DNA of 64,000 nucleotides. Origin: an uncultured Pseudomonadota bacterium (GTDB lineage: Bacteria; Pseudomonadota; Alphaproteobacteria; RF32; CAG-239). Where the stretch lies: positions 137,566 to 201,565 of the forward strand of contig CACWQS010000002.1 in assembly GCA_902763155.1 (NCBI GenBank). Direction: 5' to 3'. Below the pieces are notes generated by a model that did no database searches, had not been told where the DNA came from, and saw only the letters and a program-made list of their open reading frames with translations. Of the stretch, positions 58,550 to 64,000 are shown one piece after another. Within the stretch, counting starts at the first letter, position 1. Every line of letters begins with the position of its first letter. The translations under genes were made by a program, and so were the position numbers.

Positions 58550-59246
58550 TTTCAGCCTTTACCTCATCTTCAAGCCATAGCGGATTTTTCAAATTTTTTT
58601 CCATGAAAGCACGGTGTGTATTTTCATCTTCTTCAGATAATTTAAAATGTCTTTCTAATATTTCTACTTTTGGTGTATTTACCTTAAATAAATTATTATT
58701 ATTTTCAATTCGCGTGAATTTTATACTCGGCTCATCACCGCCCAAAAGTTGTAAATAAACTTCTGCCAAAAGCTGTGCATCAAGCAAAGCTCCGTGATAT
58801 GTTCGCGCTGAATTATCTATATTAAAACGCTTACATAGTGCATCAAGGTTATTACGCGCACCCGGAAATTCATTACGTGCAATAGTTAAAGTATCGACAA
58901 CTCTATCCCAATCATAAGTTTCAAATCCGCATTTTTTAAGCTCAAAATTGATAAATTTCATATCAAATTGGGCATTATGTGCTACAAAAATACCATCTTT
59001 ACCGATAAAATCTATCCATTTTTGTGCTATTTCCGCAAACTTTGGTTTATCTGCCAAAAATTCATTAGTTAGTCCGTGCACTTTAACTACTTCTTCCGGT
59101 ACATCGCGTTCCGGATTTATATATTCATGAAAAATTTTTCCCGTCGGTAGATGGTTTATAAGTTCAACCGCACCTATTTCTACCAATCTGTCTCCGGTTT
59201 CCGGATCTAAACCCGTTGTTTCCGTATCAAAACAAATTTCTCTCAT
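58542..59246 (-). CDS. dnaQ: DNA polymerase III epsilon subunit-like 3'-5' exonuclease
   Basis: Exo motifs ICFDTETTGLDP (Exo I), AHNAQFDMKF (Exo II), YHGALLDAQLL (Exo III). Confidence 0.85.
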   Translation of the reverse strand: MREICFDTETTGLDPETGDRLVEIGAVELINHLPTGKIFHEYINPERDVPEEVVKVHGLTNEFLADKPKFAEIAQKWIDFIGKDGIFVAHNAQFDMKFINFELKKCGFETYDWDRVVDTLTIARNEFPGARNNLDALCKRFNIDNSARTYHGALLDAQLLAEVYLQLLGGDEPSIKFTRIENNNNLFKVNTPKVEILERHFKLSEEDENTHRAFMEKNLKNPLWLEDEVKAENA

Positions 59247-59824
59247 TCTAATATCTCTTTTATAAATTTTATCAGTTGCACTTTTAATAAATTTTCATCG
59301 GCGCCGGTATCTATTATCCAATCGGCGTATTCATTTTTTTCTGATTTTGGCATTTGCACCGCCACAATTTTTGCAAAATCGGCAGCTGTTATACCATCGC
59401 GAACCATTACTCTTTGTTGTTGTGTCAGATCATCTACATCGGCCACTACTATATAATCACAATATTTATCCCATCCGAATTCCAATAATAAAGCTACATC
59501 TAAAAACAAAATTTCCTGTTTAACGGCAAATTTATGAATAGTCTTTTTTAACCTCTTATTTAAAAACGGATGAATTATTTTTTCCAATTTTTTCAATTCT
59601 TTATTATCATTGAAAACCAAATTACGCAATGCACGCTTGTTTAACTTATCTTTATCAAAAACCTGCGGAAATTGTTTTCTTATCAAATTTAAAAACGATT
59701 CTTTTCTATATAAATCACGCGTCCATTCATCAGGATTATACACACTATAACCTAGCTTTTTTATTATATTTGCCAAATATGTTTTACCGCAACCTATAGA
59801 ACCGGTTATACCGACAATTATCAT
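59243..59824 (-). CDS. coaE: dephospho-CoA kinase
   Basis: P-loop GITGSIGCGKT. About 190 aa. Confidence 0.85.
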   Translation of the reverse strand: MIIVGITGSIGCGKTYLANIIKKLGYSVYNPDEWTRDLYRKESFLNLIRKQFPQVFDKDKLNKRALRNLVFNDNKELKKLEKIIHPFLNKRLKKTIHKFAVKQEILFLDVALLLEFGWDKYCDYIVVADVDDLTQQQRVMVRDGITAADFAKIVAVQMPKSEKNEYADWIIDTGADENLLKVQLIKFIKEILE

Positions 59825-60237
59825 TTTTTTACCTTATATCAAAATATTACGAAACTTATACACATTGTAAATATTAATTTGTGTATAAATCTGCCGCTCT
59901 TGAAATTTTTAGCAAAATATATACATATTGTCCAAACCATAAACAAACTTATTAACATGTTAAAAACTTTATCAACATATTGTGAAAAACGTGTATATAT
60001 TTTATAACACTTTGAAAATAAATAAATTTTTACTTTATTTATTATAATAAAAATGTTTATAAAATTTAATTTACAGTTTTAACAAAATATTCAATAACTA
60101 AAATATTTTTAAAATATTATTTGATTAGCAAAAAAACTGTGTAAAAAAATATTGACTTTCAAAACTCTTTTTTATATAAGCAACATATCCGATATTTCAA
60201 GGCGGATTTCTATTTTAATAATCAATAAAAGGTAACA

Positions 60238-61491
60238 ATGCATTTAAGAGAATTAAAAGATAAGTCTCCGACCGAGCTTTTAACGCAGGCTGAAGATTTA
60301 GGAGTGGAAGACGCATCATCTATGCGTGTTCAAGATTTGGTTTTTGCCATTATGAAAAAACTGGCCGAAGATGACACGGTTATTTGCGGTGATGGTGTAA
60401 TTGAGGTAATGCAAGATGGGTTTGGGTTTTTACGTTCGTCAAATTCTAACTATTTAGCCAGTGCCGATGATATATATGTATCTCCGCAACAAGTCAAAAG
60501 ATTTGGTTTGCGTACCGGTGATACGGTTGAAGGGGAAATCAGAGCGCCAAAAGATAATGAACGTTATTTTGCTTTAACCAAAGTTAATACCATCAACTTT
60601 GATGATCCGGAAAAATCTAAACTGCGGGTAAATTTTGATAATTTAACTCCGCTTTATCCTACTGAAAAGCTTAATTTTGATATAATTTGCGGTGATAAAG
60701 ATTATACCACTCGCGTGATAGATTTAATTTCTCCGCAAGGTAAAGGGCAACGCGGTCTTATTGTGGCTCCTCCGCGTACCGGTAAAACAGTGATGTTGCA
60801 AAATATTGCTCATGCTATTGCTACCAACCATCCGGAAGTTTTTTTAATGGTTTTATTGATTGATGAACGTCCGGAAGAAGTAACCGATATGACTCGCTCG
60901 GTGAAAGGTGAAGTTATTTCTTCAACATTTGATGAGCCGGCTACGCGTCATGTTCAGGTTGCTGAAATGTGTATTGAAAAAGCCAAGCGTTTGGTGGAAA
61001 ATAAAAAAGATGTGGTAATTTTACTTGATTCCATTACTCGTTTAGGACGCGCTTATAATGCAGTTGTTCCATCTTCAGGTAAGGTATTAACCGGCGGTGT
61101 AGATGCTAATGCTTTACAACGTCCGAAGCGTTTATTGGGAGCGGCGCGTAATGTTGAAGAAGGTGGTTCTTTAACTATTATTGCCACAGCTTTAATAGAT
61201 ACAGGTTCACGTATGGATGAAGTTATTTTCGAAGAATTTAAAGGAACTGGTAATTCTGAAATTATCTTAGATAGAAAACTTACAGATAAACGCCTATTCC
61301 CTACCATTGATATTACTCGTTCCGGTACGCGCAAAGAAGAATTACTTGTTGATAAAGCAACACTCACAAAAATGTGGGTATTACGTCGCGTGCTTATGCA
61401 GATGGGTATGACAGACGGTATGGAGTTCTTACTTGATAAGTTGCGTCAAACTAAGAATAATGAGGATTTCTTCCAGAACATGAATTCGTAA
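60238..61491 (+). CDS. rho: transcription termination factor Rho
   Basis: The N-terminus [15 protein letters not shown], cold-shock-like RNA-binding domain, Walker [13 protein letters not shown], and the Q and R loops. The ~400-nt AT-rich leader is consistent with rho autoregulation. Confidence 0.95.
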   Translation: MHLRELKDKSPTELLTQAEDLGVEDASSMRVQDLVFAIMKKLAEDDTVICGDGVIEVMQDGFGFLRSSNSNYLASADDIYVSPQQVKRFGLRTGDTVEGEIRAPKDNERYFALTKVNTINFDDPEKSKLRVNFDNLTPLYPTEKLNFDIICGDKDYTTRVIDLISPQGKGQRGLIVAPPRTGKTVMLQNIAHAIATNHPEVFLMVLLIDERPEEVTDMTRSVKGEVISSTFDEPATRHVQVAEMCIEKAKRLVENKKDVVILLDSITRLGRAYNAVVPSSGKVLTGGVDANALQRPKRLLGAARNVEEGGSLTIIATALIDTGSRMDEVIFEEFKGTGNSEIILDRKLTDKRLFPTIDITRSGTRKEELLVDKATLTKMWVLRRVLMQMGMTDGMEFLLDKLRQTKNNEDFFQNMNS

Positions 61492-61593
61492 AAATTTGTA
61501 TAATTGCTTTCCACTTGCTATTTTTCTCCTCGCGTAGTTTTATCTACGCGTCGTCGAAAAATAACTGCGTATAAACCTAATTATCCAAATTTT

Positions 61594-62136
61594 TTATTCC
61601 ACAGTATGTGCTTCTTCATTAAAATCACTGATCATCTGTTCAAGACGCGGATTTTGAACAGGTAATCCTTTACTGATATTTTCTAAATCACTATTATATT
61701 CATATATTATTTGTTCATAACCTTGAAAAGTAGGTTCTTCAATAATTTCAGGTTTTAATATTTCTTCTTTTACAGTATTAACTTTTTGTTTTTCAATTAT
61801 TTTTTCAGTTTTTTCTTTTAACTGACTTTTTTGCATTTGTTCTAAGGCTTTTTTCTCAATATATTCTTTGCGTTTTTCTTTTTCTAAACGTTCTTTTTCA
61901 GCTTTTTGTTTAGCTAATTTTTCTTCTTCAATTTCCATTATTACCGGTGCTTGATTGCCTTGATAGTGCATTTGTTCTACGGTGGGTAATTTTTCTATTT
62001 TTTTTGCAGATTTAAAAGCTCCGGTAGGAATAAAAAAATCAGCATTTTTATCAGTGCGCCGTAAACTTTGTGCATTATTTAAAAATAAGCAACTGCAAAA
62101 CAAAATAAATGACAAACTGTAAAATAACTTACGCAT
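61594..62136 (-). CDS. secreted K/E-rich coiled-coil protein
   Basis: Signal peptide, then KQKAEKERLEKEKRKEYIEKKALEQMQKSQLKEK. Confidence 0.45.
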   Translation of the reverse strand: MRKLFYSLSFILFCSCLFLNNAQSLRRTDKNADFFIPTGAFKSAKKIEKLPTVEQMHYQGNQAPVIMEIEEEKLAKQKAEKERLEKEKRKEYIEKKALEQMQKSQLKEKTEKIIEKQKVNTVKEEILKPEIIEEPTFQGYEQIIYEYNSDLENISKGLPVQNPRLEQMISDFNEEAHTVE

Positions 62137-62223
62137 TATCTAAAACCCTTTACTATAAACATAAAACAAAATAATTAACGCAGATTTAATAAATAGAGGA
62201 TAAACTTTTTCAAAGAGGTAAAA

Positions 62224-62931
62224 ATGGTAAAATTTGTTGTTTTTCTACTGATAGTTTTGTCTTATTTTAATTCGGTAAATGCCGCTTCTTATGATTATTT
62301 ACGTCGTGAATGTCGTCAGCTTATGCAACAAAATCCTCCGCAAATAGAAGTAGAATATGTGTATGGAAAACTGAAAATAGATAATAGTAAAAACAGTGAA
62401 CAATTATTAAAATTATCAAAAAAAATTAATCCTTTAATTACAGAAACACATAAAATTCAAGGTTTAACCAGGTTAATGTTTTCAACCACAATGAATATTG
62501 AAACTAAAGCTGAAATGCTTGATGAAAATACTGTTTGTGTAATTCCTAAAGTAGTTAGTCTGCACCTCTATTATAATAACCCGACAATTTATTTGGTTGA
62601 TACCTTAAAACCGGATACCTGTCGTTGGAATTTGGTATTACGTCATGAACAAACTCATTTGGATATAGGACATTTTGCATTCAAAGAAATGGCTTATGAA
62701 TTAAAGAAAAAATTGCAAAATATAGTAAATTTACGCGGTTCAAAAATATACAGCTATAAAGAATATACCAAAGATGATCAAAGTGTGGCACAAAATATGC
62801 TTAAAGATTATGAAAAATCTCTAAAAACAACAGTAAAAATATTAGAAAATAAATTATTAAGAAAACAAGCCGAATTGGATACTGCGGAAAATTATCGAAA
62901 AGAAACACAACTTTGTTCTGATGAAGAATAA
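62224..62931 (+). CDS. secreted HExxH protein (DUF922-like putative Zn-dependent protease)
   Basis: Signal peptide. RHEQTHLDIGH has an HExxH...H arrangement. Tentative. Confidence 0.4.
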   Translation: MVKFVVFLLIVLSYFNSVNAASYDYLRRECRQLMQQNPPQIEVEYVYGKLKIDNSKNSEQLLKLSKKINPLITETHKIQGLTRLMFSTTMNIETKAEMLDENTVCVIPKVVSLHLYYNNPTIYLVDTLKPDTCRWNLVLRHEQTHLDIGHFAFKEMAYELKKKLQNIVNLRGSKIYSYKEYTKDDQSVAQNMLKDYEKSLKTTVKILENKLLRKQAELDTAENYRKETQLCSDEE

Positions 62932-62999
62932 AAAATAATTGTAAAAATTAAAAAATTAGGCTATAATCATGGCATTGTTGTTTTGAAGGAATATAAACA

Positions 63000-64000
63000 A
63001 TGACTGATTTCGGTAAAAAACATCAAAATACGGGCGGTGTTATTTCTAATAAAGAAAACGCCGATGGTGTTCTTGGCCGCAGTCAATCATGGCAGGCAAT
63101 TTCTGAACAGATTGAAAAATATGATAATGTGCCGGTCGGTGGTTCGCTGACGCAAGATATTATTTTCAGCGGAAAAGTTTTGCAAGGCGGTAATTTTGCC
63201 GGCGAAAATTTTGAAAATGCCGATTTTTCCGGTAGCAATATGCAAGAAGTTAATTTGGCACATGCCAATTTGAAAAATGTTAACTTTACCGGTACAGATT
63301 TAAGCGGAGCCGATTTGACCGATGCCGATTTGACCGGTGCAACTTTTTCCGGTGCCAAACTTATCGGGGTTAATTTTACCGGTGCTAAATTACATGGTGT
63401 TAGGCTGATTGATGCCGATATTCAAGATGCTTTGCTGATTGACGCCGATTTGGACCAACTCACCATTGAAGAACTGCAAGAGCTGGTTGAATATTTGGCA
63501 AAATATTATCCGCATAAACTTAATTTGAGCCGGCTGAATCTGTCTCTTTTGGATTTAAAACGCATTGATTTGCGCCAAGTCAGTTTGCGTGGGGTTGATT
63601 TGCGCGGGTGCGATTTGACCGGCGTGAATATTTTTGAACTTGATTTAAGTGAATGTTTGATTTCGCCGGAGCAAATTGCACAAGCCATCGGACACATGCC
63701 GACACCTGATGAGTTAGCTAAAATTTTGGCGCCGAAAAAGAAGGGGCAAAAAAAGCAATCAGGCGGTATTGATTTTGGTGATTTGTTTGATTCGCGAGGT
63801 GGTTTTGATTGGGATACCACAAAATCCGGTTCGGATATGAAAAAAATGTTCAAAACCGGTCAAGAGATTATCAAGTCTTTTCAAAAAGGCGGTAAAAACG
63901 ACAAAGAAGATGATAAAACGCAGGCTTTAGAAAAAGAAAACACCAAGTCTAAAGAAAATGATGTGGATGAATTACGCAAATCTATTGAAGAACACAAGCG
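63000..64000 (+). CDS. pentapeptide-repeat protein with a Lys-rich C-terminal region, partial (runs off the window end)
   Basis: Frame is open from the ATG at 63000 to the window end. Tandem A(D/N)LxG-type pentapeptides (NFAGENFENADFSGSNMQEVNLAHANLKNVNFTGTDLSGADLTDADLTGATFSGAKLIGVNFTGAKL). The track's minus-strand ORFs here are antisense shadows. Confidence 0.65.
   Translation, partial: MTDFGKKHQNTGGVISNKENADGVLGRSQSWQAISEQIEKYDNVPVGGSLTQDIIFSGKVLQGGNFAGENFENADFSGSNMQEVNLAHANLKNVNFTGTDLSGADLTDADLTGATFSGAKLIGVNFTGAKLHGVRLIDADIQDALLIDADLDQLTIEELQELVEYLAKYYPHKLNLSRLNLSLLDLKRIDLRQVSLRGVDLRGCDLTGVNIFELDLSECLISPEQIAQAIGHMPTPDELAKILAPKKKGQKKQSGGIDFGDLFDSRGGFDWDTTKSGSDMKKMFKTGQEIIKSFQKGGKNDKEDDKTQALEKENTKSKENDVDELRKSIEEHK

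Noticed and set aside
63083-63853. Two minus-strand ORFs (91 and 115 aa)
   Set aside because: They are shadows of the plus-strand pentapeptide-repeat gene. The repetitive coding sequence generates long antisense open frames.

Overview
The window is low-GC (about 38-40% by eye) bacterial chromosome. A core of housekeeping genes is recognisable from motifs: queA, lgt, lysS, cdnL, hupB, radC, map, an RNase J-like gene, tspO, secA, an mla (mce/ABC) operon, yacG, rng, maf, dksA, trmB, a dnaJ/cbpA-like gene, dinB, dnaQ, coaE, rho, plus tRNA-Glu(UUC) and tRNA-Pro(UGG). Accessory stretches are interleaved with this backbone. A GAAC-N7-GAAC SOS box in front of dinB and several eukaryote-like proteins (ankyrin repeats, an MIF-like tautomerase, a serum-amyloid-A-like protein, pentapeptide repeats, LMW-PTP) point to an alphaproteobacterium, probably host-associated or intracellular; this is inference. 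The most unusual content is a set of small-protein cassettes: (i) a bacterial serum amyloid A (SAA)-like protein, translationally overlapped by a small transmembrane protein with a C-terminal DSCLDxG/Cys-rich tail, behind an HTH gene and a structured RNA-like leader; (ii) a cassette at 51.4-54.5 kb that sits next to the 3' end of tRNA-Pro. It has a paralogous DSCLDxG-tail membrane protein, an L,D-transpeptidase-like (Tlde1/YkuD-like Cys/His) toxin-type domain with a Gly/Asn-rich N-terminus and no clean start codon, and then four small membrane proteins, two of them paralogs with a YK(K)DC...C tail. This looks like a polymorphic toxin/immunity-like system whose small membrane/Cys-tail proteins I have not seen described elsewhere. 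Other notable items are a secreted Cys-repeat protein, two candidate structured noncoding RNAs, a compositionally atypical (GC-rich) gene next to an inositol-monophosphatase-family gene, a fused STAS-MlaE permease, and an RNase J homolog with large insertions and a Lys-rich tail. Every function here is assigned from motifs I recognised by reading the translations. No database search was run.
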